The notes: generated by a model not told the origin, from the letters alone. A stretch of 64,000 nt of DNA from Candidatus Eiseniibacteriota bacterium (GCA_963776245.1 CAVZLN010000004.1:96001-160000); one strand, 5' to 3'; positions 20,517-31,244 are shown, counted from the first letter of the stretch. A program made the numbers and translations.

Positions 20517-23500
20517 ATGCGGCATCGGAAGGTCATCGTGGCGATGGCCGTCGCGCTGATGGCGGCGGGGCTCCCGCGCGCCGCCGCGGCGCAGTACTTC
20601 GGGCAGAACAAGGTCCAGTACCGCCAGTACGCCTGGCGCTCGCTGAGCTCGGACCACTTCGAGGTCTACTTCTACGCGGGCATCGACAGCCTCGCGATGC
20701 GGGTGCTCGACCTCGCCGAGAAGACGCAGGCGATGCTGGCGGTGGGGATGGGGCACTCCATCGAGCACCGCGTCCCGATCATCCTCTACGGCTCGCACAA
20801 CGACTTCGCGCAGACCAACGTGACCCCCGAGATCATCGACGCCGGCACCGGGGGGTTCACGGAGGCCCTGCGCAACCGGGTCGTGCTCCCGTTCACGGGC
20901 TCGTACGAGGACCTGCGCCACGTGGTGGTGCACGAACTGGTGCACGCCACCATGTTCGACATGCTGTACGGCGGTTCCGCGGCCTCCTTCCTGGCGCGCC
21001 AGAGCCTGTTCTCGGTGCCGCTGTGGTTCGCCGAGGGCATGGCGGAGTACTTCTCCCTCGGCATGGAGTCCAACGCGGAGATGTTCCTGCGGGACGGGAC
21101 GCTCGAGGGCTACCTGCCCCCGCTCGAGTACTCGGGGGGGTACATCGTCTACAAGCAGGGGCAGTCGGCCATCTCGTACCTGGTCGAACGCCATGGGGAG
21201 GAGCGCCTGCGCGACGTGCTCCAGCGCCTGCGCCAGTCGCGGAACTTCGATCGCGCCTTCGCGCGCGCGGTCGGCATGCCGCCCGCGAAGTTCGACGAGG
21301 CGTGGCGCGAGTGGCTCAAGAAGCGGTACTGGCCCACGATCGCGCAGAAGGAGGGCCCCGAGACCTTCGCCCGGCGGCTCACCGACCACCGCCGGGACGA
21401 GAGCAGCCTGAACACCTCGCCCGCGGTGTCTCCCCAGGGCGATCGGATCGTCTATCTCTCCGACCGCCGCCAGTACACCGACGTGTACGTGATGTCGGCC
21501 TTCGACGGCAAGGTGCTGCGCCGGCTGATCCGCGGCGAGCGCAACGAGCAGTTCGAGGGCATCCCGTCGTTCCGCAGCGCGCTCACCTGGTCCCCGGACG
21601 GCGGCCGCGTGGCGCTCACCGCCAAGAGCGCGGGGCGCGACGTGCTCTACATCGTCGACGCCGCGACCGGCCGGGTGGAGCTCCGGCTCACCCTGCCGTG
21701 CGAGGCGCTCTACTACCCGGCGTGGTCGCCGGTATCGGATTCGCTGGTGGTCGTGGGGCTGAAGGACGGACGCTCCGACCTGTGGATGGTCCATGCGCGC
21801 ACCGGCGAGGTCCACCGGCTGACCGACGACACCTGGGACGAGAAGGAGCCGTGCTGGACCCCCGATGGCCGCACCGTGACGTTCGCCTCGGACCGCGCGA
21901 CGCCCGTGGTGCTGCACCCCGGCAGGCTCGAGAAGGGCTTCGGTCACTACGGACTCTATGATCTCGACCTGGCGAGCGGCACGGTGCGGCCACTGCTCGA
22001 CACCTGGGGCGACGACCATTCCCCGGCGTGGTCCCCGGACGGGCGCCGGCTCGCGTTCATCGCCGATCGCGACGGCACGCCGAACATCATGCTGTATTCG
22101 CTGGGCGACTCCACCTTCACCCAGCTCACCGACGTCACCGGCGGGATCTCGAGCCTGTCGTGGTCGCGCCAGAACGACCGGCTGGTGTTCTCGGCCTTCA
22201 ACCGCGGCGGCTTCGACGTGTTCGCGGTCACCGAGCCGGTCTCGCTCGACGCCACGCTCGCGCGCCTGCAGCGCGCGCGACCCCGCTCGGTGGTCAGCCT
22301 GGCCGCCGCGCGCCTCCCCGGGGTGCAGGACGTGATCGTGCCGTCGAACGTCGGCGCGCTCGCGGGCGGGTGGCCGGACAGCGTCAACGTGTCGCGCGAC
22401 TCGTCGGAGGCCGGGCCCGCGCGTGGCGCGCTCGGGCCGCTCGGCGCGCGGCCGGACACCACCGCCCTGCGTCCGCGGCCGGGCGAACCGCCGTCCTGGG
22501 ACGGCGACCGTCCGCGGCACGGTCCGATCGCCGGGCCCCCGCCGGTGCGCGAGGACAGCGCGCTCGCGGTGCCGGCGGTGCCGCGCACGCCGCTGGTCGA
22601 TCGCGGCGGGCCGTTCGCGCTCGCCGACTCGGTGCTGGGCCAGCGGTCCGCGGCCTACCATGTGCGGCTCGCGCCCGACTACGCGGGCGGCGGGTTCTAC
22701 GCGTCGAGCGGCTTCGGCTTCCAGGGCAGCACCCAGCTGCTGTTCAGCGACTTCCTCGGCAACCACAGCCTGTTCGTGGCGACCGACGTTTTCGGCGGTT
22801 CGCTCAGCGAGACCAACGCGTTGGCGATCTACAACTATCTGCCGCGGCGCTGGGACTATGGAGTGGGGCTGTTCCACTTCAAGAACTACTTCTCCTCGCG
22901 GGTCACCTCGTTCGGTGAGTTCCTGGGCGCGCCGCGCCTGTTCTCGGAGCGCACCTTCGGGGCGCTCGCCAACGCGTCCTACCCCTTCGACCGCTTCCGG
23001 CGGCTCGAGCTCGGCTTCACGCAGATGTTCGCGGAGCGCACGTTCTTCGCGACGGATCCCGCCGGCAACCTGTTCGAGACCGGGCAGCAGTTCCGCTCCA
23101 TCAGCTCGCCCTCGCTGTCGCTGGTGGGGGACAACGCGCTGTTCGGGTGGTACGGGCCGGTGAACGGCGGCCGCTACAACCTCACCTACAGCCCTTCGTT
23201 CCCGCTGTTCCACAACGGGCTCGGGTACCAGACGGTGTCGCTCGACGCGCGGCGCTACTGGGACCTGACCCACGGCTACACGTTCGCGATGCGCGGGATC
23301 GCGGGCTGGAGCGGGGGCGCGGATCCGCAGACCTTCCGGGTCGGCGGGGCCACGACGCTGCGGGGCTACCGGGATTTCGACCTGCTCGGCTCGCGGGTCA
23401 CGCTCGCGAACGTCGAGCTGCGGTTCCCGTTCATCCAGCAGCTCGGGCTGGTGGGCCCGCTGGCGCTCGGCTTCTTCAACCTGCGCGGCGTGATGTTCGT

Positions 23501-23714
23501 GGACGGCGGCGTGGTGTGGGACGCGGGGCAGACCCTGCGGCTCTCCGAGCGGGTGGACGGATCGCGCCGCCTGCAGGATCCGAAGCTGGCCTTCGGCACC
23601 GGCGTGCGCACAGCGCTGGGGTGGATCATCCTCAAGCTCGACACGGCGTGGGCCACCGACCTCGTGGACGTCAGCCGGCCGCGCTGGCATTTCAGTCTCG
23701 GCCCGGAGTTCTGA
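20517..23714 (+). CDS. Secreted peptidase MA-like + PD40/TolB propeller + Omp85 barrel protein
   Basis: Signal peptide then QYFGQNKVQY; HELVH and WFAEGMAEY; repeated WSPDG; GGATTLRGY; terminal Phe. Confidence 0.85.
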   Translation: MRHRKVIVAMAVALMAAGLPRAAAAQYFGQNKVQYRQYAWRSLSSDHFEVYFYAGIDSLAMRVLDLAEKTQAMLAVGMGHSIEHRVPIILYGSHNDFAQTNVTPEIIDAGTGGFTEALRNRVVLPFTGSYEDLRHVVVHELVHATMFDMLYGGSAASFLARQSLFSVPLWFAEGMAEYFSLGMESNAEMFLRDGTLEGYLPPLEYSGGYIVYKQGQSAISYLVERHGEERLRDVLQRLRQSRNFDRAFARAVGMPPAKFDEAWREWLKKRYWPTIAQKEGPETFARRLTDHRRDESSLNTSPAVSPQGDRIVYLSDRRQYTDVYVMSAFDGKVLRRLIRGERNEQFEGIPSFRSALTWSPDGGRVALTAKSAGRDVLYIVDAATGRVELRLTLPCEALYYPAWSPVSDSLVVVGLKDGRSDLWMVHARTGEVHRLTDDTWDEKEPCWTPDGRTVTFASDRATPVVLHPGRLEKGFGHYGLYDLDLASGTVRPLLDTWGDDHSPAWSPDGRRLAFIADRDGTPNIMLYSLGDSTFTQLTDVTGGISSLSWSRQNDRLVFSAFNRGGFDVFAVTEPVSLDATLARLQRARPRSVVSLAAARLPGVQDVIVPSNVGALAGGWPDSVNVSRDSSEAGPARGALGPLGARPDTTALRPRPGEPPSWDGDRPRHGPIAGPPPVREDSALAVPAVPRTPLVDRGGPFALADSVLGQRSAAYHVRLAPDYAGGGFYASSGFGFQGSTQLLFSDFLGNHSLFVATDVFGGSLSETNALAIYNYLPRRWDYGVGLFHFKNYFSSRVTSFGEFLGAPRLFSERTFGALANASYPFDRFRRLELGFTQMFAERTFFATDPAGNLFETGQQFRSISSPSLSLVGDNALFGWYGPVNGGRYNLTYSPSFPLFHNGLGYQTVSLDARRYWDLTHGYTFAMRGIAGWSGGADPQTFRVGGATTLRGYRDFDLLGSRVTLANVELRFPFIQQLGLVGPLALGFFNLRGVMFVDGGVVWDAGQTLRLSERVDGSRRLQDPKLAFGTGVRTALGWIILKLDTAWATDLVDVSRPRWHFSLGPEF

Positions 23715-23778
23715 GCGCCGCGGGCGATCCGGTGCGCGCGGACGCCGGCCGGCGCGACCGGGCGTGACCGCGCGGCGG

Positions 23779-23808
23779 TGGACGCTCGCGCGCGCTTTCC
23801 GCTAGATT
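23779..23808 (+). promoter_or_regulatory. Possible sigma70-type promoter for pcrA-gatCAB
   Basis: TGGACG-N18-TAGATT. Confidence 0.45.
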
Positions 23809-23852
23809 GCGGAACTCCGCATCGCGACCGAACCCGCACCGAGGATGGCGCC

Positions 23853-26096
23853 CTGGACACCACCCCGCAGTTGAACCCGGCCCAGCGCGCGGCGGTCGAG
23901 CACCCCGGCGGTCCGCTGCTGGTGGTGGCGGGCGCCGGCAGCGGCAAGACGCGGGTGCTCACCGCTCGCGTCGCCCGGTTGCTCGAGCTCGGGGTGCGTC
24001 CCGAGGCGGTCCTCGCCTTCACGTTCACCAACCGCGCCGCGCGCGAGATGCGCGAGCGCATCGCGGGCGCGGTGGGCGAGGCGGCGGGCCGGGTGTGGGT
24101 CGGCACCTTCCACGCCACCGCGGTGCGCCTCCTGCGGCGCGATGGGTCCGCGCTGGGACTGGCCCGCGACTTCTCGATCTACGATCGCGAGGATCAGGAG
24201 AGCACGCTGCGCGAGGTGCTCAAGCGGCTGGGCCTGTCCGAGACCGCGTACCGCCCGTCCCAGGTGCTGGGGCGGATCTCGGACGCGAAGAACGCGTGGA
24301 TCACGCCGGAGGCCGCCGCGGCCGCCGCGATGACGCCCTACGAGAAGCAGATCGCGGTGGCGTACCGGACCTACCAGGACGCGCTGCGCGCCCGTCAGGC
24401 GCTCGACTTCGACGATCTCATCGCCGAATCGGTGCGGCTGATGCGGGACCATCCCGAGGTGGGCGCGCGCTGGGCGCGGCGCTTCGAGCACGTGCTGGTG
24501 GACGAGTACCAGGACACCAACCACGCGCAGTTCCTCCTCGTCGAGGCGCTCTCGGCGCGGCATCGGAACCTGTTCGTGGTCGGCGACGACGACCAGTCCA
24601 TCTACGGCTGGCGCGGCGCCGACCTGTCGAACGTGCTGGACTTCGAGCAGGCGTTCCCGGGGGCGACGGTGCTGCGGCTGGAGCAGAACTACCGCTCGAG
24701 CGGGCGCATCCTGCGCGCGGCGAACGCTGTCATCGAGCACAACCGCGACCGCAAGGGCAAGACGCTGTGGTGCGAGCGCGGTCCGGGCGCGATGCTGCGG
24801 TTCGTGCTGGCGGGCGACGAGGTGGACGAGGCGCGCCGGGTGCGCGCGTTTCTCGAGGACCAGCGGCGGCAGGGCCGCAGGCTGGCAGACTGCGCGGTGC
24901 TCTACCGGACCAATGCGCAGTCGCGCGCGCTCGAGACCGAGCTGCGCCACCATCTCATCGCGTACCAGATCGTCGGCGGCGTGGCGTTCTATCAGCGCCG
25001 CGAGGTCAAGGACCTGATCGCGTATCTGCGGCTGGCGGTGAACCCGGCCGACACGGTGTCGTTCTGGCGGGTGTGGAACACGCCGCGGCGCGGGCTCGGC
25101 GACGCGGTGCGCGCGCGGGTCGAGGAGCGCCTGCGGGCGGGCGGCACGGCCGTGGAGGCGCTGCGCGCGGTGGCGGCGGAGGGCGCGCTGACGCGCGCCG
25201 CCCGGGCGGGGGCGGACGCGCTGCTCGGGACGCTGGACGAGCTCGCGGGGCGCCGTGAGGAGCCGACGGACGCGCTGCTGGTCGCGCTGCTCGAGCGCAC
25301 GCAGTACCTCGCGCACCTGGCCGGCGAGGGCGGCGACGGCGTGGACGAGCGGCGCGCGAACGTCGAGGAACTGGTGGCCGCCGGCGCGGCGTTCCACGAG
25401 CAGGCCGGCGGCGGATTGGCGGAGTTCCTCGCCGAGACCGCGCTGGTCACCGACGCCGACCGGCTGGAGGAGGACGCGGACCGCGTGCTCCTGCTGACCG
25501 CGCATAACGCCAAGGGGCTGGAGTTCCCGGTGGTCGTGGTGGCGGGCCTCGAGGAGGGCTTGCTGCCGCACGCCTCCGCGCTCGATGACCGTGCCGAGCT
25601 CGAGGAGGAGCGCCGGCTGTTCTACGTCGCGCTCACGCGCGCCCGGGACGAGGTGCTCCTGACGGCGGCGGCGTTCCGCCGCCGCTTCGACGGCGCCGGC
25701 GGTGGCGCGGTGTCGCGCTTCGTCGACGAGATCCCGTCCGAGGTGCTGGAGCGCGAGGAGCCCGCGGCGAACGGCTGGGCGGGCGATCGCGAGCGATGGG
25801 GCGGCCGTCCGGGGGGCGTGGGGGGGCTGCGGGCCGGGAGCGGCCGGCTCGATACGTCGGAAGCGGGCGAGGACGTGCCCGTCGGGCGAGTGTCCGAAGC
25901 GCGGATGATGGGCGGCGGCCGTCGTCACCGGGCGGTGGGCCGCGAGGTGTTCCACGAGTCGTTCGGGCGCGGCGTGGTGCTCGAGGCGGAGCCGTTGGGA
26001 GGGGACGTGAAGTACACGGTGCGCTTCGGTACCTTGGTCAAGAAGGTGCTGGGGCGGTTCCTCTCGGGAGGGAGCGATGGCGATCACGCGCTCTGA
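23853..26096 (+). CDS. pcrA: UvrD/PcrA SF1 DNA helicase; start uncertain (CTG 23853 or TTG 23871)
   Basis: AGAGSGKT, VDEYQDTN, VGDDDQSIYGWRGA, LEQNYRS, AKGLEF, EERRLFYVALTRA, C-terminal HESFGRG. Confidence 0.93.
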   Translation: MDTTPQLNPAQRAAVEHPGGPLLVVAGAGSGKTRVLTARVARLLELGVRPEAVLAFTFTNRAAREMRERIAGAVGEAAGRVWVGTFHATAVRLLRRDGSALGLARDFSIYDREDQESTLREVLKRLGLSETAYRPSQVLGRISDAKNAWITPEAAAAAAMTPYEKQIAVAYRTYQDALRARQALDFDDLIAESVRLMRDHPEVGARWARRFEHVLVDEYQDTNHAQFLLVEALSARHRNLFVVGDDDQSIYGWRGADLSNVLDFEQAFPGATVLRLEQNYRSSGRILRAANAVIEHNRDRKGKTLWCERGPGAMLRFVLAGDEVDEARRVRAFLEDQRRQGRRLADCAVLYRTNAQSRALETELRHHLIAYQIVGGVAFYQRREVKDLIAYLRLAVNPADTVSFWRVWNTPRRGLGDAVRARVEERLRAGGTAVEALRAVAAEGALTRAARAGADALLGTLDELAGRREEPTDALLVALLERTQYLAHLAGEGGDGVDERRANVEELVAAGAAFHEQAGGGLAEFLAETALVTDADRLEEDADRVLLLTAHNAKGLEFPVVVVAGLEEGLLPHASALDDRAELEEERRLFYVALTRARDEVLLTAAAFRRRFDGAGGGAVSRFVDEIPSEVLEREEPAANGWAGDRERWGGRPGGVGGLRAGSGRLDTSEAGEDVPVGRVSEARMMGGGRRHRAVGREVFHESFGRGVVLEAEPLGGDVKYTVRFGTLVKKVLGRFLSGGSDGDHAL

Positions 26097-26376
26097 GGTC
26101 GAGCGCATCGCGGAGCTGGCACGGCTCGAGGTCCCCGAGTCGCGCATGGAGCGCATGACGGCCGAACTGGGGCGGGTGCTCGGGTTCGTCGAGACGCTCC
26201 GCGGCCTGGACCTGTCGGACTGCGAGCCGGTGGCGCTCGCGCCCGCCACGGCGCCGCTGCGGGAGGACGTGCCGGGCACGCGGCGCCTCGCGACCGCGGA
26301 CGCGCTGGCGATGGCGCCGGCGCACGAGGACGGCTTCTTCCTGGTGCCCCCCATCGTGGAGCACGTGGAGCCATGA
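26077..26376 (+). CDS. gatC: Asp/Glu-tRNA amidotransferase subunit C
   Basis: IAELARLE, LRED, APAHEDGFFLVP. Confidence 0.93.
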   Translation: MAITRSEVERIAELARLEVPESRMERMTAELGRVLGFVETLRGLDLSDCEPVALAPATAPLREDVPGTRRLATADALAMAPAHEDGFFLVPPIVEHVEP

Positions 26377-26398
26377 ATCCGCGGCAGGTCCGGCGGCG

Positions 26399-27871
26399 AT
26401 GACGTCCGATCTCTGGCGCCTTTCCGCGTCGGCGCTCGCGGCGCGGGTGCGGAGCGGGGCGACCTCGGCCGTGGACGCGGTCGAGAGCGGGTGGGGCGCG
26501 CCCGCGGGCGCCTGGGAGGACGACGTGCGCGCGGTCTGCCACGCCGATCCCGCGCTGCGACGTGCCGCCGCGGCGGCCGCGCCCGAAGGGCCGCTGCGCG
26601 GCGTGCCGGTGCTGGTGAAGGACAATCTCTGCACCGTCGACCTGCCCACCACGTGCGCCTCGCGCATCCTCGCCGGCTACCGGCCGCCGTACGACGCGAC
26701 CGTGATCCGCCGGCTGCGCGGGGCGGGGGCGGTGGTGACGGGCAAGGGGAACATGGACGAGTTCGGGATGGGCTCGTCCACCGAGTACTCGTGCTATGGA
26801 CCGACCCGCAATCCGTACGATCTCTCGCGCGTGCCGGGCGGGTCGAGCGGTGGCCCCGCCGCGGCGGTGGCGTACGGTCTCTGCCCGCTCGCGCTCGGCT
26901 CCGACACCGGCGGATCGGTGCGCCAGCCGGCGGCGTTCTGCGGGGTGTACGGGCTCAAGCCCACCTACGGCCGGCTGTCGCGGTACGGGCTGGTGGCGTT
27001 CGGCTCGTCGCTCGACCAGGTCGGCATCTTCGCGCGCCACGCGGGCGACGTGGCCCTCGCCTACGGCGTGCTCGCGGGCCCCGATCCGTACGACGCCACG
27101 CTGCGCCCCGGCGACGCGCCGGACGTCTCGGGTTGGGACGCGGGAGTGAAGGGGGCGCGCTTCGGGTGGCCGGCCAACCTGTGGAAGGAGGGCGTGGACG
27201 CCGAGGTGGTGGAGGGGCTCGAGCAGGCGGCCGCGTGGCTCGAGCGCGCGGGCGCCACACGCGTGCCGATGGAGTTCCTGCCCGGCGAATACGCGGTCGC
27301 CGCGTACTACCTGGTCGCGACCGCCGAGGCCAGCACCAACCTGGCGCGCTTCGATGGCGTGCGCTTCGGCCACCGGGACCCCGACGCCACCGACGTGGGC
27401 GCCCTCTACACGCGCACCCGCAGCGCCGGGTTCGGCATCGAGGTGCAGCGCCGCATCCTGCTCGGGACGTTCGCCCTCGCGGCGGGCTATCACGACGCGT
27501 ACTACCTCACCGCGCTGCGCGCGCGCGCCCGGGTCCGGCGCGAGTACCAGAGGGCGTTCGCGCGCTGCGACCTGATGCTGATGCCGGCGGCGCCGACCCT
27601 GCCGTTCCGGCTCGGCGAGAAGAGCGAGGACCCGCTCGCGATGTACCTGTCGGACATCTTCACCATCGGCGCCAATCTGGCCGGCATCCCGGGCCTGACC
27701 GTGCCGGTGCCGCCGGCCGCGAACGGCCTGCCGCGCGGCGTCCAGCTGCTCGGTCCGGAGGACGCGGAGCCCACCCTGCTGCGCGCCGGCCGCGCCATCG
27801 AGGCGCGGGGCGACGCGGCCCGGCTGGGGCGCGCCCACGTCGCGGAGTTCGCATGGCCCATGAAGCGGTGA
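26399..27871 (+). CDS. gatA: Asp/Glu-tRNA amidotransferase subunit A
   Basis: [43 protein letters not shown]. Confidence 0.96.
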   Translation: MTSDLWRLSASALAARVRSGATSAVDAVESGWGAPAGAWEDDVRAVCHADPALRRAAAAAAPEGPLRGVPVLVKDNLCTVDLPTTCASRILAGYRPPYDATVIRRLRGAGAVVTGKGNMDEFGMGSSTEYSCYGPTRNPYDLSRVPGGSSGGPAAAVAYGLCPLALGSDTGGSVRQPAAFCGVYGLKPTYGRLSRYGLVAFGSSLDQVGIFARHAGDVALAYGVLAGPDPYDATLRPGDAPDVSGWDAGVKGARFGWPANLWKEGVDAEVVEGLEQAAAWLERAGATRVPMEFLPGEYAVAAYYLVATAEASTNLARFDGVRFGHRDPDATDVGALYTRTRSAGFGIEVQRRILLGTFALAAGYHDAYYLTALRARARVRREYQRAFARCDLMLMPAAPTLPFRLGEKSEDPLAMYLSDIFTIGANLAGIPGLTVPVPPAANGLPRGVQLLGPEDAEPTLLRAGRAIEARGDAARLGRAHVAEFAWPMKR

Positions 27872-29310
27872 TCGGGCTGGAGTGCCACATCCAGCTGGCC
27901 ACCCGCGTGAAGATGTTCTGCGAGTGCCCGGCGGAGTTCGGCGCGGCGCCGAACTCGAACGTGTGCCCGGTCTGCCTCGGCCTGCCGGGCGCGCTCCCGC
28001 GGGCCAACCGCGCGGCGGTGGACGCGGCGCTGCGGCTGGGGGCCGCGGCGGGGTGCGCGATCCGCGCGGAGAGCGTGTTCGCGCGCAAGAACTACTTCTA
28101 TCCCGACATGCCCAAGAACTTCCAGATCACCCAGTACGACCTCCCCCTGTGCGAGGGCGGCGCGCTCCCGGTGACGGTGCACGGCGCGCGCCGGGAGTTC
28201 GCGCTGACGCGCATCCATCTCGAGGAGGACACCGGGAAGTCGTTCCATCCGGAGCGCCGCGGCGACCGCCGCATCTCGCGCGTGGACTTCAATCGCGCGG
28301 GCGTCCCGCTGCTCGAGCTGGTGACCGAGCCGGTGTTCGGCGCCCCGGCCGAATGCGCGGCGTTCCTCACCGCGCTGCGGCGGCTGGTGCGCTGGCTGGG
28401 GATCTCCGAGGGCGACATGGAGAAGGGCCATCTGCGTTGCGACGCCAACGTCAGCCTGCGCCCGGCCGGCGGCGCGGGGCTCGGCACCAAGACCGAGCTC
28501 AAGAACCTGAACTCGATCAAGGGGGTCGAGAAGGGGATCACGGCGGAGATCGCGCGCCAGCGGCGGGTGCTCGAGGCGGGCGGCCGGGTGGAGCAGGCCA
28601 CGCTGCTCTACGACGCGGACCACGACCAGCTCGCGGTGATGCGCTCGAAGGAGCACGCCCACGACTATCGTTATCTGCCGGAGCCCGACCTGCCGGTGCT
28701 CCGGGTGGATGCGGCGTGGGTGGCGGACGCGCGCGCGCGCCTGCCCGAGCTGCCGTGGGAGCGCGAGGCGCGGATGGTGTCGGCGCTCGGGCTGCCGGCC
28801 GCCGCCGCCGCGGTGCTGACCGAGCAGCGGGAACTGGCGGACTACTTCGAGGCCTGTGCCGCCGGCGGCGACGCCCGGCTGGCGGGCAACTGGGTGATGA
28901 CCGAGGTGCTGCGCGCGCTCCGCGAGCGCGGCGGGTCGATGGCGGACTGGAGCGCGCAGGTGCCGGCGGACCGGCTGCGCGGCTTCCTCGCGAAGGTGGC
29001 GGGAGGGGAGCTCCCGGGCCCGCTGGCCAAGCAGGTGTTCGGCTGGATGTGCGAGGAGCCCGGCGCGGTCGAGGAGTTGCTCGCCGCGCACGGGGTGCGC
29101 GTGCAGGGCACGAGCGACGAGCTGCTGCCGCTGGTGCGCGCGGTGCTGGACGAGCACCCGGGGGCGGTGGCGGAGTACCGCGCCGGCCGGGCGGCGACCT
29201 TCGGGTTCCTGGTCGGCCAGGTGATGAAGAAGAGCGCGGGGCAGGCGGTGCCTCAGACGGTGCATGCGCTGCTGCGGGACGAACTGGCGCGCCGTGCGCC
29301 GCCGGCGTGA
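27853..29310 (+). CDS. gatB: Asp/Glu-tRNA amidotransferase subunit B
   Basis: [48 protein letters not shown]. Confidence 0.96.
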   Translation: MAHEAVIGLECHIQLATRVKMFCECPAEFGAAPNSNVCPVCLGLPGALPRANRAAVDAALRLGAAAGCAIRAESVFARKNYFYPDMPKNFQITQYDLPLCEGGALPVTVHGARREFALTRIHLEEDTGKSFHPERRGDRRISRVDFNRAGVPLLELVTEPVFGAPAECAAFLTALRRLVRWLGISEGDMEKGHLRCDANVSLRPAGGAGLGTKTELKNLNSIKGVEKGITAEIARQRRVLEAGGRVEQATLLYDADHDQLAVMRSKEHAHDYRYLPEPDLPVLRVDAAWVADARARLPELPWEREARMVSALGLPAAAAAVLTEQRELADYFEACAAGGDARLAGNWVMTEVLRALRERGGSMADWSAQVPADRLRGFLAKVAGGELPGPLAKQVFGWMCEEPGAVEELLAAHGVRVQGTSDELLPLVRAVLDEHPGAVAEYRAGRAATFGFLVGQVMKKSAGQAVPQTVHALLRDELARRAPPA

Positions 29311-29894
29311 GCGCGGCCTTCGAACGCGCCTTCGACGCGGCGCTCGGGCGCGCGTTGCCCGGGGTGTTCCCGGGGGCGGTGGCGACCGTGATCGCCGCGG
29401 ACGCGTCCGATCCCGTGCGACTGGAGCTCGCGCTCGGCCGCCTGCTCGCGGTCCTGCCGCGCGCCGGCGTGCCGCGGGGCCGGGTGATCGTGCTGCTCGC
29501 CGCGACCGCGGAGGGCGATGCGCGGGAGGCCGCGCTCGCGCGCCGGTGGCGGGCGGACCTGGGCGTTCCGGTGCTGGCGCACCATCCCGCGCGCTCCGCC
29601 TGCTTCACCGTCGCCCGGGTGCGCGGGACGCCGATCGAGGTGAGCGACGAACTGCGCGAGGCCGAGGCGGTGCTGGCGCTCGGGCCGCTGGCGGCGGGCG
29701 CGGACGCGCGGGCGATCCACGACGTCGTGCTGCCCGGTCTCGGGTCGGAGAGCACGCGCGCGGCGTGCGCCGCGCGACCCCGACTGCTCGAGGACGCGCG
29801 CGCGGCGCTGGCGTGCGACCTCGCGCTGGGCTGGCGAGCGGCCGGCGCCCACGGCTGGGAAGTGCTCGCCGGGCGGCAGCCGGCGCGTCCTTGA
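29307..29894 (+). CDS. Hypothetical protein, weakly resembling the LarA (lactate racemase) N-terminal domain
   Basis: GTGA-coupled to gatB, GC3-biased; RAGVP-RVIVLLA and GTPIEVS-EAEAVLALG pattern. Confidence 0.5.
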   Translation: MSAAFERAFDAALGRALPGVFPGAVATVIAADASDPVRLELALGRLLAVLPRAGVPRGRVIVLLAATAEGDAREAALARRWRADLGVPVLAHHPARSACFTVARVRGTPIEVSDELREAEAVLALGPLAAGADARAIHDVVLPGLGSESTRAACAARPRLLEDARAALACDLALGWRAAGAHGWEVLAGRQPARP

Positions 29895-29920
29895 CCCTGC
29901 GACGAAGCGCCTTCTAGAGT
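29891..29920 (+). promoter_or_regulatory. sigma70-type promoter for purD, probably leaderless
   Basis: TTGACC-N18-TAGAGT; ATG begins 6 nt after the -10 and there is no SD. Confidence 0.65.
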
Positions 29921-29926
29921 GGCTCC

Positions 29927-31243
29927 ATGACGCCCATGCGCATCCTCGTCCTCGGCTCGGGCGGCCGCGAGCACGCGCTGGCTTGGCGCCTCGCGCGCGA
30001 CCCCGAGCGTCCGGTCGTGCTGGTGGCCCCGGGCAACGACGGGATGGGCATGGCATTCCCGCGCTTCGCGGTGGACGGCGAGGACGCGGGCGCGGTGATC
30101 GAGCTGTGCCGCCGCGAGCGCGTGGAGCTGGTGGTGATCGGCCCCGAGGGACCACTCGCCGCGGGACTGGCGGACGGGCTCCAGCGGGCCGGGCTGCCGG
30201 TGTTCGGTCCGAGCCGCGCGTGCGCGGCGCTCGAGGCCAGCAAGTGGGCGGCGAAGGAGATCATGCGGGCCGCGGACGTGCCCACCGCGCGGGCCGAGCG
30301 GTTCGCGGGGCTGGCCGAGGCGCGCGCGGCACTCGCTCGATTCGCCCCGCCGTGGGTGATCAAGGCCGACGGTCTCGCCGCCGGCAAGGGGGTGTGTGTC
30401 ACCGCGGTCCGGACCGAGGCGGAGAGGTTCCTCGAGGATTCGCTCGTCGGCGGCCGGTTCGGCGCGAGCGGCCGGCATGTGGTGATCGAGGAGTTCCTGC
30501 GCGGCGAGGAGCTGTCGCTGTTCGCGGTGTGCGACGGCGGCGCGTTCGTGCTGCTGCCGGCCGCGCGCGACCACAAGCGCGCCTTCGACGGGGACTGCGG
30601 CCCCAACACCGGCGGGATGGGCGCCCACGCTCCCGCGGCCGCCGCCGATCCGGTGGTGGTGGAGCGCGCCGGCGAGCGCGTGGTCCGCCCCATGCTGGCG
30701 GAGCTCGCGCGCCGCGGCACGCCGTATCGCGGCCTGCTCTATTGCGGGCTGATGCTCCGCGACGGGGAGCCCGCGGTGGTCGAGTTCAACGTCCGCTTCG
30801 GCGACCCCGAGACCCAGGTCGTGCTGCCGCTGCTGGAGGGCTCGCTCGGCCGGCTGCTGGCGTCGGCGGCGGCGGGGGCGCTCGACCGCGCGGCGGTGCG
30901 CGCGCGGCCGGGCGGCGCGGTCACGGTGGCGCTCGTCGACCGGGGCTATCCGGACGCGCCGCTCGGCGGCGGGGTGGTGCTCGGCCTCGATGGGATCGGG
31001 GCGCTCGAAGGGGTCACGGTGTTCCATGCCGGCAGCGCGCGCGAGGAGGGCGGCTGGCGGGTCCGCGGCGGGCGCGCGGCGTATGTCACCGCGGTCGCGG
31101 ACGACGTGGCGTCGGCGCGCGCCCGTGCGTACGATGCGGTCGATCGATTGGGCGGGCACGGCTGGCGCTGTCGCCGTGACATCGCGCGGGAGGCGCCGAC
31201 GGCGGCGCCGGGCCGGTGGGCCACCGCGCCGGAGGGATCCTGA
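29927..31243 (+). CDS. purD: Phosphoribosylamine-glycine ligase
   Basis: GSGGREHAL, KADGLAAGKGV, DHKR-GPNTGGMGA, EFNVRFGDPETQ. Confidence 0.97.
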   Translation: MTPMRILVLGSGGREHALAWRLARDPERPVVLVAPGNDGMGMAFPRFAVDGEDAGAVIELCRRERVELVVIGPEGPLAAGLADGLQRAGLPVFGPSRACAALEASKWAAKEIMRAADVPTARAERFAGLAEARAALARFAPPWVIKADGLAAGKGVCVTAVRTEAERFLEDSLVGGRFGASGRHVVIEEFLRGEELSLFAVCDGGAFVLLPAARDHKRAFDGDCGPNTGGMGAHAPAAAADPVVVERAGERVVRPMLAELARRGTPYRGLLYCGLMLRDGEPAVVEFNVRFGDPETQVVLPLLEGSLGRLLASAAAGALDRAAVRARPGGAVTVALVDRGYPDAPLGGGVVLGLDGIGALEGVTVFHAGSAREEGGWRVRGGRAAYVTAVADDVASARARAYDAVDRLGGHGWRCRRDIAREAPTAAPGRWATAPEGS

Positions 31244-31244
31244 A

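Noticed and set aside
15417..23690. 2757-aa minus-strand ORF and many other long antisense or alternate-frame ORFs
   Set aside because: Shadow ORFs from extreme GC3 bias; Arg/Pro/Ala-rich with no motifs, and they lie opposite clear genes.
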